A stretch of 53,566 nucleotides of DNA, counting the filler, from Jimgerdemannia flammicorona (lineage: Eukaryota): the NCBI GenBank assembly GCA_003990765.1. It is 3 parts of 3 records of this genome, joined end to end, with 100 filler letters (N's around TTAATTAATTAA, not from the genome) between each part and the next. Parts side by side here need not be neighbours in the genome. Positions count along the whole stretch, not along the records: positions 17,896 to 35,681 come from RBNJ01002408.1; positions 35,782 to 53,566 come from RBNJ01002409.1; 1 more part is not named here. The stretch is one strand, 5' to 3'. The notes below the pieces were generated by a model. That model was not told where the DNA came from. It did no database searches and worked only from the letters and a program-made list of their open reading frames with translations. Within the stretch, counting starts at the first letter, position 1. Every line of letters starts with the position of its first letter. The translations under genes and the position numbers were made by a program. This document shows positions 23,346 through 35,889 of the stretch, in pieces.

Positions 23346-26300
23346 ACAGCTCTCCCAGACAGACCATAGCAAGAAAGGGTTTGGATCAACCAACAAACCT
23401 CTCAGTCAAAAGGTCTCAACTATGAAGGAAGATGATGAAAACTAGTACAAGAGAATTGTAGATGATTATGTACTATGTGGATGATGCCCTTATTCTATCT
23501 GAATATACTGCATAGAATATATTGGTAAATGCCTTGCATGTCTCTCCAAAGTTTTCAAAATTCAATCTGAGAAGTGCTAAGTCCAATAGATGAGAAGCCC
23601 AAACAAGACCACCCTCCTTATGAAGGATGGGGAGAAACTGACTTTGAGGAGACTGACAGCAATTGGGACAATAATGAGGAGAAATTGCTTAACTCCATCA
23701 AGAAGGAGGACAGTTGCATCAAGTTTACAGGCCAAGTCCACAGACAGAATGTCAATATCTTACTGGATAGCAGTGCTACTGGAAACTATATCAGTACCAA
23801 GACTACCAAGAGAATTGGAGCCTGAAGCAGACCAGCCACTAAGAAAAGAAGTGTTACCTTTAGTAATGATAAGACTGTACCACTGACCAAGATCTGCAAA
23901 GATCTCTTGCTTAAGATTGGCAAATATCAAGAGAAGTTAGACTTCAGTATTATAGACCTTCTAGGATGAGACATTATCCTAGAAAAAGCCTAGCTGACCC
24001 AGCATAACCCAGACATTAACTAGAGGACTAATGAGGTTAATCTGACCCATGAAGGCAGAAAGATCACCCTGACACCCCAGAAATATACTAACTATTAAGG
24101 AATCGAAATCATCTCTGCCATCCAAAAGAAGAGACTCTCTTGAAAAAAAGGAAACACCTACTTCATCTGCACTATACAAGAAGTCACTGAAGCTACAAGT
24201 AGCTCAATTCCAACAGAAGCTCAAGAACTGTTTGAAGAATTTCAAGATGTATTTTAAGACCCTTAAGGACTTCCACCCAAGTGCCAAATCCAACATGGAA
24301 TTGATCTTATTCCAGAATCTGAACCCCCATTCAAGAGTATCTACCAACTGGCCCAATCTGAACTCAAGACCCTCAAGGATGAGTTGACCAAACTACTGGC
24401 CCAAGGATATATTGAACCCAGCTGCTCTCTATTTGGAGCCCCCATTCTGTTTGTCAAGAAGAAGGATGGCTCTCTGCAAATATATATTGACTACAGAGCT
24501 CTCAATAAGATCACCATCAAGAACTGGTATGCCTTGCCTAGGATTGATGAATTATTGCATCAAATCTTTAAGGCCAAGACCTTTTCTCTACTAGACTTGT
24601 GAAATGGCTACCACCAGATTCTCATTGATGAAAAGGACATTGAAAAGACAGCTTTCTGAATGTGGTTTAAATACTACCAGTTCCAAGTCATGCCTTTTGG
24701 TTTGACCAATGCACCAGCAATATTCCAGTATCTAATAAATGACATCTTTGGACCATTCCTCAATATCTGTGTCCTTGTGTACATTGATGATATACTAATC
24801 TACAGTGAAATAGTAGAGTTACACTACACCCATCTTAGATAGGTACTGACCCTTCTGTGGAAACACCAGCTCTATGCTAAGATGAGCAAGTGCAAGTTCT
24901 ACCAAGGCCAGATTGAGTATCTAAGACATATCATCTCTGCTGAAGGTATTAATGTAGACCCCTGAAAGATATCAGCTCTTAAGGATATTTCTATCCCCAT
25001 TACCCTCAAGCTACTCCAGTGCTTTCTGGGTATTGCTGGTTACTACTGAAGGTTTATCCAAGGATACTCTGCCATTGCAGTCCCACTGACCAGCCTGGCT
25101 TACAAAGAAGTAAATATCAAGACTGAATGAACCCCTGAATATATCCAGGCTATGGACTATCTCAAGAGACTCCTTACCAAAGCCCCAGTACTAATTGCAC
25201 CTGACTCTACTAGGCTATTCACTCTGACTACAGATGCCTCTGACATTGTCATTGAGATAGTGCTCAGTCAAGAAGATTGCCCAGTAGCCTACCTTTCCCA
25301 AAAGCTCAAGCCAGCTAAGACCCGGTATACCACCCATGAGAAGGAACTCCTGGCCATTGTTACTGCACTCCAGAAATAGCGCCATTTCTTCCTAAGACAA
25401 CCATTTGTGGCCTACACTGATCACTATACTCTGCGGTATATTTATATATAGTCCATGCTGACCTACAGACAAGTCTGTTGGATGGAAATCATTGCCAACT
25501 TTGATATAGAAATCAAGTATATCTCAGGCAAAACCAACCAAGTGGCTGATGGTTTCTCCAGATACATAGAAGATGAACTTGTCTTCATGGTCAAGATAAT
25601 TGGAGACCTTACCCAGATGATCAAGGATGGCTACTAGCAAGACAGCCCCCTGATGAATTTCCTTCAATTCTGTCAAGACCCAGAGGCTGAGGTCCCAGAA
25701 CTCATGAGGCAAATGTCCAAGAGATTCACTTACTATGATGGACTTATCTACAGGGACCATGACAGAATAGTTGTACCCAACAATGCTACTCTGTGGCTCA
25801 AGATCATGCAGGAACTCCATGATACTCCTGCAGCAGGACACTTTGGTTTCAAGAAGACCTACAATCTCCTCTCAAGAGAATTCTACTGGCCAAGATGACC
25901 AAGGATATCAAAGACTTTGTGGCCTCATATAAGATATACCAAAGGTTCAAAAGTGATAACAAGCTACCAGCAAGACTTCTGCAACCACTATCAATCCTAA
26001 GTCATAACTGGGATCAGATTGCAATATACTTTATTGTTCAGCTCCCCAAGACCAAGGCAGGATGGGATGCCATTGTGGTATTTGTGGACTGCCTAAGCAA
26101 ACAAACCCATTTTGCACCCACCAAGACCACTGCTACAGCACCAGAGATTGCTGAGATTTTCCTCAATCAAGTATTCAGACTACATGGCATGCCTATCACT
26201 ATTGTATCTGACTGAGATGCCAAGTTTACAAGCAACTTCTGAAAGACATTCTTCTCTCTCTATAGAACCAAGCTGAAGTTCTCTACTGCCTACCACCCCC

Positions 26301-26899
26301 AGACTGATGGTCAAACTGAGTGAACCAATAGGACCCTCAAGCAGATGCTTAGCATCTTCTGCTGTTACAAGCAGAATGATTGGGACAAGTACCTAGCCCA
26401 TGTTGAGTTTTTCTACAATAATAGCCAGCAAACCTCTATAAAGAAGACCCCATTCTTCCTGAACCATGGTCAACACCCAAGGACCCCAAGTACTACTGCG
26501 AAATCAGCAGTTCCAGTAGTCCAAGATCTAGCTGAGACCATTTCTGATCTGATCCAAATGACAAGAGATGCTCTCATAGAAGCACAGGACTACCGGACCA
26601 AGTATGCAAACTTGAAGTGAAGAGAAGTCTCCTACAACATTGGTGACATGGTCATGCTTAGGACAGACCACCTCCACCCAGACACCCTGGTAAAATAACT
26701 AGCCAAGAAACTCCATACTAGAAGAATTAGACTATACAAGATTGTGCAAAAAGTCAGAGAAGTCAACTATAAGTTGCAACTTCCCCACAATATCTTAGTA
26801 CACTCAGTATTCCATATCAGCCAATTGGTGGACTACAATGAGAACCCATTTCCCAAGTATACAGTTCCACCACTACCCTCAATTAGGATTAATGATCAT

Positions 26900-27065
26900 G
26901 AGGAATTCAAAATTGAGAAAGTACTTGACCACAAGATCTGAAAATACTCCAAAACAGTCAAGCAGTTTTTCCTCATCAAGTGGAAGAGTTACCCCACCCA
27001 TGATACTACCTGGGAAAAAGAAGAAGCTCTAGAGAATACATGCAAAGCCCTCCAGGACTATATGG
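26900..27065 (+). pseudogene. integrase C-terminal chromodomain
   Basis: EEFKIEKVLDHK...FLIKWKSYPTHDTTWEKEEALEN. Confidence 0.88.
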
Positions 27066-27748
27066 AAACACTTACCCCCCAGCAAAGGAAGGAGCTGCAG
27101 CTCTAAAAATTAGAGTACATAGAAAATAGGAGGATACTATATATTCTTATTTGAAATATATAATACTGAATATTGCAGAAAAAGAAACACTATAATTAAT
27201 TAATGAGAAGATACTCAGGCAAAGGACAATCTAGCATAGTATAGCAAAATACATTTGAATAACTCTATTTTATATCATCTGTGTTATCTCTACTGGATGA
27301 TGATGGATACTTCATATAGAACTTAGGAAACCCAATGATGTTGAAAACAATCTAAGCCCATCCAAATGACAGATATTATTACTAAGAATTGCCTTAGATT
27401 ACAAGAAATACTATTTCTGAGAGGGTCGAACCCCCAGCTGTGATAGTGGGAGCCCTTGCCCTAGATAAGGATGGCCAGTTCTCACAAATGTGCCAACTAG
27501 ACCAAAAAAAAAAGAACCAAGATCTGTCAAACCTGTGTAACCACAACTGCAAGTAGTGATATCTTTAAAATCAGGATTTTCACATATGACCAGAACATGC
27601 TCCACTTACAGCAACAGGTCATACATTCTGATAAAAAGCATAATCAAAAGAAGGTTATACCAGACAGGTGGATAAGTATAAATACCCAAGGCAAGAATAC
27701 CCCACAACTCTCATCCCTCTCTTCTCACAAAGAAAAGACAAGATAAGA

Positions 27749-28591
27749 ATGCCTACTACCTACTGCCAAACTACCTGCTATCAAACTGCCCACTGTAGCC
27801 AGCTCCTCCCAAGCCAGGTTGATCACCTATTTGGATATATCCAGGTTGCTATCCAAGGAAGGAACTGCTACTCTGAGGTCCTTAACCTCTCCAGCCTAGA
27901 TCTAGGACAATATGTCCTTGACCACTATGAACTCATCAAAAGAGCCTACCTTGCTACTAGCTGCCTAGAGATCTGGTATAAATATGAAATCAGCCATCAA
28001 CTCCTCTAATATACAAAGGACCTAACTACTGACCAGGTCTCAGACTGAACCCACCTGAACAGGCATAAGTAAAGACTTGCCAAGAAGGTCCATCAAATCA
28101 TGCACCATGCACCCTTTGCAATTCCCAACCTCAACTATATCCAACTGAAGGACTTCCAGAACCTCTCCTTCCCCAAGGTTGACAAGCTAGAAATCATGGT
28201 AGCCCAGGAAGCCAACTCCTGGATTACCCTCAAGTCTACTGACATCAAACTCCACTGGAGCCCCTTTCTGAATGACAATCTAGATCAATGGCTCCAAGGC
28301 CTCTCTGACCTCTTTGAAGGACTACCTATCCAAATGGATATCTCCAGGCATAAGGATCAAGAACCCTACTTGGATGGTCCCAACTGCATCAGGTGGAGAA
28401 CTCCTATACTGACACTCATACCAATGCTAGAACCATTTGCAGACCTCATTGATTTCTCTATCCTGGACAGTGAGTCATCAGCATCCACCCCCCCTGCTAC
28501 TGAAAAAGAAGGCAACAATACTGAGGAAGATTCTTCACCTTTCTCTCCCCTGGTTCTCAATTTCCAAATTAATGAGGATATTGATTTCTAA
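27749..28591 (+). pseudogene. accessory ORF (~280 aa), internal, between pol and PPT of element C
   Basis: One frame with three nonsense codons. YEISHQLL, AKKVHQIMHHAPFAIPNL, DQWLQGLSDLFEG, WRTP, FADLIDF and PLVLNF all match the LTR ORF of A/B. TATAAATA at ~27677. Confidence 0.85.
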
Positions 28592-28602
28592 GGAGGAAAG
28601 AA

Positions 28603-29308
28603 TGTAATAGAATAAATGAGTGAACAGATGAGATGTTACAAGTGATCACATGACCTGACAATGACATCATCATATGATCGAGTATGACATATGATATTAT
28701 AAACATGAATGATACAAACAATACAAATAAATGATATCCAGCTTATCCTCAGTTTTCAGTACTGCGGTATGACACTGCAGTAACCAGTACCACAGTATGG
28801 CACTGCAGCAACTAGTACCACAGTAATTGGCACCACAGTATGGCACTGTAGCAACTAGCATCACAGTAATTGGCACTACAGCAACCAGTGCCACAGCAAT
28901 GCTGATCATTGCCTAGCAATAGATATTGTGATCACAAACCTCACCATAGTTACCAAATATACTTAGTTAGAAATTGTGGACCAACTTGTATAAAGCCCCC
29001 AGTTTCCATCTGAAATAAAGCAGTTTTAGTTCAGTCCTTGATATAAGAATCAAGTCTCCTCCCACCTACACACATTCCCCTGAGTCTTAGTAATAACACC
29101 TAAGTGACTCTAGTGTTTCTGACTAAACTCCAGAAGCCTAACTAACTTCTGCCAGAACTGAGATTGATATATAAATTCCCAAAGACTTAAGTAAATCTAT
29201 TGAATCTGAATTTTAAGGCAAATTCAGTCTGTATATAGCAAAGGACAAGACCCTTGAAAGATAGGGCAAAAGAGAAAATCCTTTGAAAGATAAGACACTG
29301 CCACTACA
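28603..29308 (+). repeat. 3' LTR of element C (~706 bp, no ORF)
   Basis: Follows AGGAGGAAAGAA. Ends are TGTAATAG...CCACTACA, a decayed inverted repeat. TATAAA at ~28990, AATAAA at ~29014, and GGCAC/CAGTA tandem repeats at 28760-28900. Confidence 0.75.
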
Positions 29309-29718
29309 ACTACTTTTAAGTGAGCACTTCCTCAAACTGAAGGCTTCTTAGTATACATTGTATACTAAGTCTCTAAGTAATAGTCTTACTTCCCTAATTA
29401 TCCAAAGGATAAGAGAGGGGTAGAAGTGAGAGGTATTATACTCTACTTGCAGTAGTACTAAATCTACAAGTGTGTCTCCAATTACTACTTCATCTACACT
29501 CTCTTCCTCCTCACTCCACAGACCCCTCCACCTCTCCTTCAGTATTCCCAAGACCTGTTACATACCATGCACCATTTCTCCCTCTGCATCAAGGACTCCA
29601 TCCCATTGATATTGCACCCTCCTAGCCTGGAGGAGTCTTGACAAGTACCTAGTAGGCCTCTTCCCCTCCTCAAGCCCCTGTCACCTCAGTCTGGCTGCCA
29701 TTCCTTTCATATGTATCT

Positions 29719-31793
29719 TGTAAGCGCACAACCTCCAAGCCACCGAAATTACATGTCACCCTCTGAACAAGCCACTGAAATCACATGCGACCTCTGAACA
29801 AATCTGGAAATCATCTGCTTGATCACGAAGCTGAGTCAAACTGAAGTCACAGCACACAAAGCTGAGTCAATATGAAGTCACGGAACACAAGATCTACACA
29901 GACGGAACCTTACCAATCAGGACCAAATGCATATATACTGAGCACCGAGACGCGTCGAATCAGAGAATCAAAACAAACAACAACCACAACTTCCAAACAC
30001 ACAAACATGACCACTGAGATCTACAACTGCATCCGTGCTGACATTTGGAATGCCATTGTCAACTGAGCTACACCCCCTCTGCCCCTCATGAATATCCATA
30101 GCCTAGCACCCCTCTACTTCATGGAAGCCTGATGGAACACCCTGAATATGCTTAGCAAGGTCCACCGAATTGGACAAATCTCAAGCTACTACCAGATCGG
30201 CCATCTCCTAGAAGACATGGTTGAACACCACCATGATACAGACATGACCCAGATGTCTCAACACCAGAAGCTCATCACCCGCAAACATCAAGAACTCTTC
30301 TATGAGTACAACACCTTTATTTCCCGCCTCCAAGTCACTACCAGCGAAATGGTTGCTACCCTGTCCTATGGACAAATCGATGACATGATACAAGAAATCA
30401 ACCACAAGTATCTCGAGTATGTCGAAACCACAGACAGAACCTTCCCACACCCTGATGACCATATCCTGCAAATGCCTCAAGTTGGATATGCCATGAAGGA
30501 CGTCTACGATATAATCCACTTCGACAAAGATGAAGCAGAAGACAATGATCCTTCTGACGCCAACATGACCTCTAGCCAAGGATCTCTGCCAACCCTGATC
30601 ACTCCGCCAACCTTGCCGATGAACTTACAACAGATCATAACTGCATATGAGACTTATTGGGACAATGACCACTGGCACGAATACCAATCCGCATTCACCC
30701 CCGATTACTTCAATTATAATGAAGAGACTGGAGAACACAACCTGTACCTTCAGACAACCCTAGAGACTGAACCAACAATCCCACCACCTGAGTATGAGCG
30801 ACATGAACCACAGCCGCCAGCTTACTACAACCCTGCGACTCATAGTGCTGTAACCTATAGAAGGTACGCAGACAGCGAATCAGATGAAAGCGAAGACAGT
30901 ACACCCATCCTTCGCCCACCAACACCTTATCCAGCATACGAAACAGACGATACTATCCTGTGGGACGGAGATGAAGTCCCAATGTATTACTACCTTAGCC
31001 AATAAGGAGAAGTAATCCGCGAACCACTCTTCCTAGATGACTACTTCATCCGAGATGATGCAATCGATGGTGATGTCATCGAGGACTACCCTGACAGCGC
31101 CTAAACCTATAAATAGTCTAGCAGTCATAGTATAGATAGATTAGCCTTGTATGATGTGACTGTAAACTGACTCAGCAGTCAGACGATCTCTTGACATGTC
31201 AGATCACACTTGTACTACATGACTACATTCCGACTCAGCAAGGCACTTAGTGCTACATCCATATCTAGCATAGTCCAGTTAGCCCCTCACTAGTATAAAT
31301 ACTCCCTTCCCCAGACCTCAGAATCTCAGACTCAAACAGACTTGAACAATCCGAACACAACTCCTGAGCACTTCCCCACAATATCCCTTTACACAACTAC
31401 TCCTAGTATAGCAATATTATGAATAGCGAATAAACCTATTTAATAACCCACAAACTACTCTTAAGTAAATCCACTCCCTGTTAGGTCCTACTCCTAACCC
31501 CCGTCACGAAATTTCCTAATTGGGTATTGTCTGCAGCGATACACCAATTCAACTAAGCTGGTCTTAGTTTCTTGAACTTCCTGAAATATGGAAAATCCTG
31601 AACATCCAGAACTAGTCTGAAAAAGGACTTTGGTTGAGACGTCAACCCGATCTTGAAATCAATAAGCATAGAGGACGTACTCTATACGAAATTGATCTTG
31701 ACCATAAGAAAACGGTCTTCCAGAACATCCAGAATATCCAGAAAACCCTTCCAGAACTAATTAACGGTCACCCAAAAAAGTAACCCTCTTACA
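29719..31793 (+). repeat. putative 5' LTR of D (~2075 bp), containing an ORF
   Basis: TGTAAG...CTTACA perfect 6-bp terminal inverted repeat. CpG content rises at 29719 and the PBS follows. The second LTR is not in the window, so the left boundary is inferred. Confidence 0.7.
30007..31104 (+). pseudogene. divergent homologue of the LTR accessory ORF (~365 codons, three nonsense codons)
   Basis: One frame from ATG 30007, through TGA 30064, TGA 30130 and TAA 31003, to TAA 31104. YYQIGHLL...KLITRKHQELF..FISRL..LSYGQID parallels YEIGNLL...MRTAKKIHQIF..SIPNL..LSSRHIN. Confidence 0.7.
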
Positions 31794-31795
31794 AC

Positions 31796-34700
31796 TTGGT
31801 AGCAGTGGTTTACAATCCAATTCCGCTTCAAGACGCTTCCTCACCCCACTACAAACCCTTCTGCAAATTCCTACAAGTTGATATAAAGCCCAACCTCTGA
31901 ACTGGAATTTATCCTGAACCATCTGACAATCTGGAGAGAATTGAACCTGACATACAAGGACAATTTGACCTCCACACCTGCAACAAGTGGGATAAACTTC
32001 ATTCAAAGAAAGAAGTACTCAAGTTAAACCAGCAAATAGGTGAAACCCTATTCACCGAACTCCTTGCACTACACCCAGCAAGTCAAGACAAAGAAGGTCT
32101 TATCGAAGCCTTCTTTACTCTTCTCAACAAGAGTTTTGTCAGCTCTACAAATCCGAGCGACCTAGGACAACCAGCAGCAGTCTTTCTAGCCTTAGTTCCT
32201 CACAAAGCCCAAGCCTCTGTAGCCAAGTGGCTCAACTCTACCGACTATCACCGTACCAGGACCAAGACCGCCTTATACTACCGATTCCAGAATGGCAAGG
32301 CCCGCCATATTCTTAAAGAAGAAGCAAGAGAAACCCTTCATCAACTACCTGACCCTGAACCTGAAGCAGGCCCTGCTACAGCCCTACCTGAATCTGAAAC
32401 CAATATCGAACCTGAACTTGACTTTGAATTAAGTCCATCTGAAATCAGATATACAACTGATTCTGTCTACTTTGACACCGAGCAAACCCAATTACACGGG
32501 GACCAAACCGAAGAAGAGGAGGAGTATCTCACTGAATTCGATCCCGGATACACCACTGAAGGAGACACACATCCATCAGGACAGAATACACCTACACAGC
32601 AACAAACAGCTATCTATCAAGCCCTCACTCCAGATCCACAACTACTACTCCAGCAACTTACACAGACCCAAAGAACCCCATCACACTCTGCACCAGTACC
32701 TCAAGTAGTACCAGTAACACCACTACCAGCAGTCTAACCGCCTCTAGTAAACAATATGGCGAACCAACAGATTCTAGACCTTACAGCCCAAGTAGCTATA
32801 ATGGCAGCAACCATTACTGCCTTAGCCAAACAGACCCAACCTACCAAAAATCTGAGCCTACCTACCTTCAATGGTACTACACAAGAAGTCCAAAGCTTCA
32901 TTAGTGTAGTTGACACCAACTTTGAAGCCAATCAATGGACCAATGAATGAGTGGCTGACCATGTTCTGACAAATAATCAAGACCACACCCTGGAACAACT
33001 CTTTGCTACTACTACAGCCTATGTCCGCTGAGTTGTTACATTCTTCTGAGGACCTGCCGAAGAATGGTGGCGAACCCTTCCTGAAAAACCCCTCACATGG
33101 GAAACCCGACCTGCAGTAGTTGCTCAGAATGCAGCAAACAATGCCCCAGGATATGGAGCCCATCCTACAGCCCCTAGACTCAAACAACTCATGATTGCTC
33201 AATATCGCAGTGAAACAATGATTGCCGAATCCCGTGAAAAACTCCGCAACCTCAAATTTGATGTACATGGCAAAGAAGAATTCGAAACCTTCTGTACAAA
33301 ACTCGAGTCACTCCTGAACACTGTTGGCCTAGGATATATTGCCAATGATGAAGCACAAAATGGTACAAGAGCAGACCAATTATTCGATGCACTGCCTGAA
33401 TGGCTTACTAGAAAAATCTGAGAACAAGGCCGCCCAGTTGGTTGCAACCACCAACAATGGTGCCTGGCAAGAATCAAGACCATGGTCAAGCGAATCCTAA
33501 CAGCTGGACCAATTCTGCCCTGAAGACAATTCAACAATAAGGAAAAGACTTGGACCAAGAAAGAAGAACCCAAGCATGAAGCATCTCGAGCTCCCTCCAC
33601 ATCCACCTCTTGGACACCCAGAAATCATGAACCCACCCAGCCAAGTACCTTCAAGAAACTTACTGAAGGTGAAAGAAATGAACTTCGAAGAAGCGGAGCA
33701 TGCTTCTACTGCCAAAAGACAGGACATATGGCCAGTGCCTGCCCCAACCGAAAACCCCGAACAGCAACACAAGCAACTGTTACCACTCTGCACCATCTCA
33801 ACAACCTGACCACCAGAACACTAGACTTTGTCAAGTTAAGACAAACTGCTAAGGCCCCAACCAAAGGAAGTCAAAAAGCAGCCGGATATGACCTGAATGC
33901 AGCCGAAGAAGCTACAGTTTCCAACCGAGAAGTCAAACAAGTCTATACAGGAATTAGTATCCAAATCCCTGAAGAACATGTTGGAAGAATATGCTGTCAC
34001 AGCAGCCTAGCGCTGAAAGGACTCTTAGTAGAAGGAGGAGTCATTGACGAAGATTATACAGGCGAAATCATTGTCCTCATCCGAAACCACAGTTGGACAC
34101 CCTTCAAGATCCCTATTGGCTTCTGCATTGCCCAGATCCTGTTTGAAAAAATCGAGTCAACCTTGACAGTCAAGGAAGTCCCTGAACTACTACCCACCAT
34201 CTGAGGATCCAAAAGATTTGGCTCATCGAACAAAGCCCCAGCCCAACCCACTGTGAGCAAAGAAGAACAATTCTATAAGAAGATAGAAGATGGATATGTA
34301 CCAAGTGGCCGATGCCCTCATGGTATTGGAATGTACTCTTCCTGAATGATTGATGATTGCTTCTCTTGTATCAACAAACTGGCTCAAAGAAGAACCAACA
34401 GAAGAAAGACTCCTACAACTGAAATCACCACCATTGGATCGGACAAACTGCTCACCCTTAAGGCTTTTGTCAATGGAGCACCTGTCAAGATTATGATAGA
34501 CAGTGGTACCTCAGGCAATTTCATCAATGAGGAGACAGCCAACAGACTCAAGGTCTTCACCTCCCCAGTACAGCAAACTCAAGCAGTTGCTACAGCTGAT
34601 GGAACCTCACATGTTATTAGAAAGGAAGTCCGCAATCTACCCTTCCGAATTGGCGACTACTGAGTACATGTTACTCTCCAAATTGTACCACTTCCTGATA

Positions 34701-35681
34701 ATGAAATCATCCTTGGGACTCCATGGTTAAAACAAGAGAACCCCCTGATCGATTGGGTAAACCATTCTCTGACCATCAAGAAAGGATGCCACAACTTCAA
34801 ACTGCAAGGTGAAAAGGACCCACTCAACTCTAGTAACCCTGGACCAAAGATCACCCACATCAATAAGCTACAACTCAAGAAATTGGCCAAGAAATGTCCT
34901 CTCTTCGCTATCTCCATCCGACCATCCAAAGGAGAACCTGAGAACTCTGAAGAAGATTTTTCCAAAGTTGACAGCCATGTCAGACCACTACTCTAGAAAT
35001 TCCGAGACATATTTCCAAAGAAGCTTCCGAAAGGCCTACCACTCAAACGAGCAGTAGATCATGCCATCAAAACTATCCCAGATGCCAAACCAGCCTTCAA
35101 GTCAATCTACCACATGTCTCCAAGAGAAATTGATGCACTCAAGAAGGAAATCGACGAACTCCTCGAACAAGGATTCATCAGACCTAGCATATCACCCTAT
35201 GGTGCACCAGTCCTCTTTGTTGTCAAGAAAGGAGGAGACCTACGAATGTGCATTGACTACCACGATCTCAATGAACAGACCATCAAGAACTGTTGCCCAC
35301 TACCGAGGATTGATGAAATATTTGATAGGCTCACCAACCCACAATTCATGAGCTCTTTTAATCTGCGAAATGGTTACTGGCAAATTGCCATGAAAGAAGA
35401 AGACATCTACAAGACAGCTTTCCGAACTCGCTATAGACACTTCGAGTTTCTGGTTATGCCCTTTGGCTTAACTAATGCCCCAGCAACCTTCCAGACACTG
35501 ATGAATACCATTCTGCATCCATACCTGGACAAATTCGTTGTTGTCTACATTGACGACATCCTAGTCTTCAGCAAAACCCTGGAGGAACATCTTGAACACC
35601 TTGAACTAGTACTACTGAAACTCCGAGAAAACAGACTCTTTGCAAAACTCAGCAAGTGCGAATTTCTTCTGAAAGAAATTC
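31796..35681 (+). pseudogene. pol: gag-pol of D in a single frame: N-terminal extension, Gag, CCHC, dUTPase, CPH module, PR, RT
   Basis: LPTFNG, CFYCQKTGHMASAC, AAGYDL/GGVIDEDYTG/FGSS, IDSGTSGNF, SPYGAP and VYIDDILV. All fragments share one frame, and stops are mostly TGA. Confidence 0.92.
31797..31808 (+). promoter_or_regulatory. primer binding site of D, initiator-tRNA-Met-like
   Basis: TGGTAGCAG.. 3 nt after the LTR end, matching a ...CUGCUACCA tRNA-iMet-type 3' end. Confidence 0.75.
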
Positions 35682-35781
35682 NNNNNNNNNNNNNNNNNNN
35701 NNNNNNNNNNNNNNNNNNNNNNNNNTTAATTAATTAANNNNNNNNNNNNNNNNNNNNNNNNNNNNNNNNNNNNNNNNNNNN
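35682..35781. other. assembly gap with artificial TTAATTAATTAA linker
   Basis: N run with linker at 35726-35737. Confidence 0.98.
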
Positions 35782-35889
35782 TTTTCTCGTGGTCGAAATA
35801 CTTCGCGGTGATTTACTGGAGGTAAAATGGTAATAATGACGGGATAACGCTAATATTCGTTGACTAATCTACAATGCTTTCCACCATAG

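Larger units (their letters stand above)
23347..29308 (+). mobile_element. pol: chromovirus-type Ty3/gypsy element 'C', 5'-truncated
   Basis: dUTPase tail (KGFGST), CPH module, PR (LLDSSATGNY), RT (VYIDDILI), RH, IN and chromodomain. Pol ends at 27106. PPT at 28590-28602 and LTR at 28603-29308. Confidence 0.92.
29719..35681 (+). mobile_element. Ty3/gypsy element 'D', relatively young, cut by contig end in RT
   Basis: LTR, PBS and single-frame gag-ZnK-dUTPase-CPH-PR-RT. Many CpG are retained. Confidence 0.9.

Noticed and set aside
29309..29718. Segment between the C and D LTRs as a gene or LINE fragment
   Set aside because: There is a short - strand ORF but no motif I can support.
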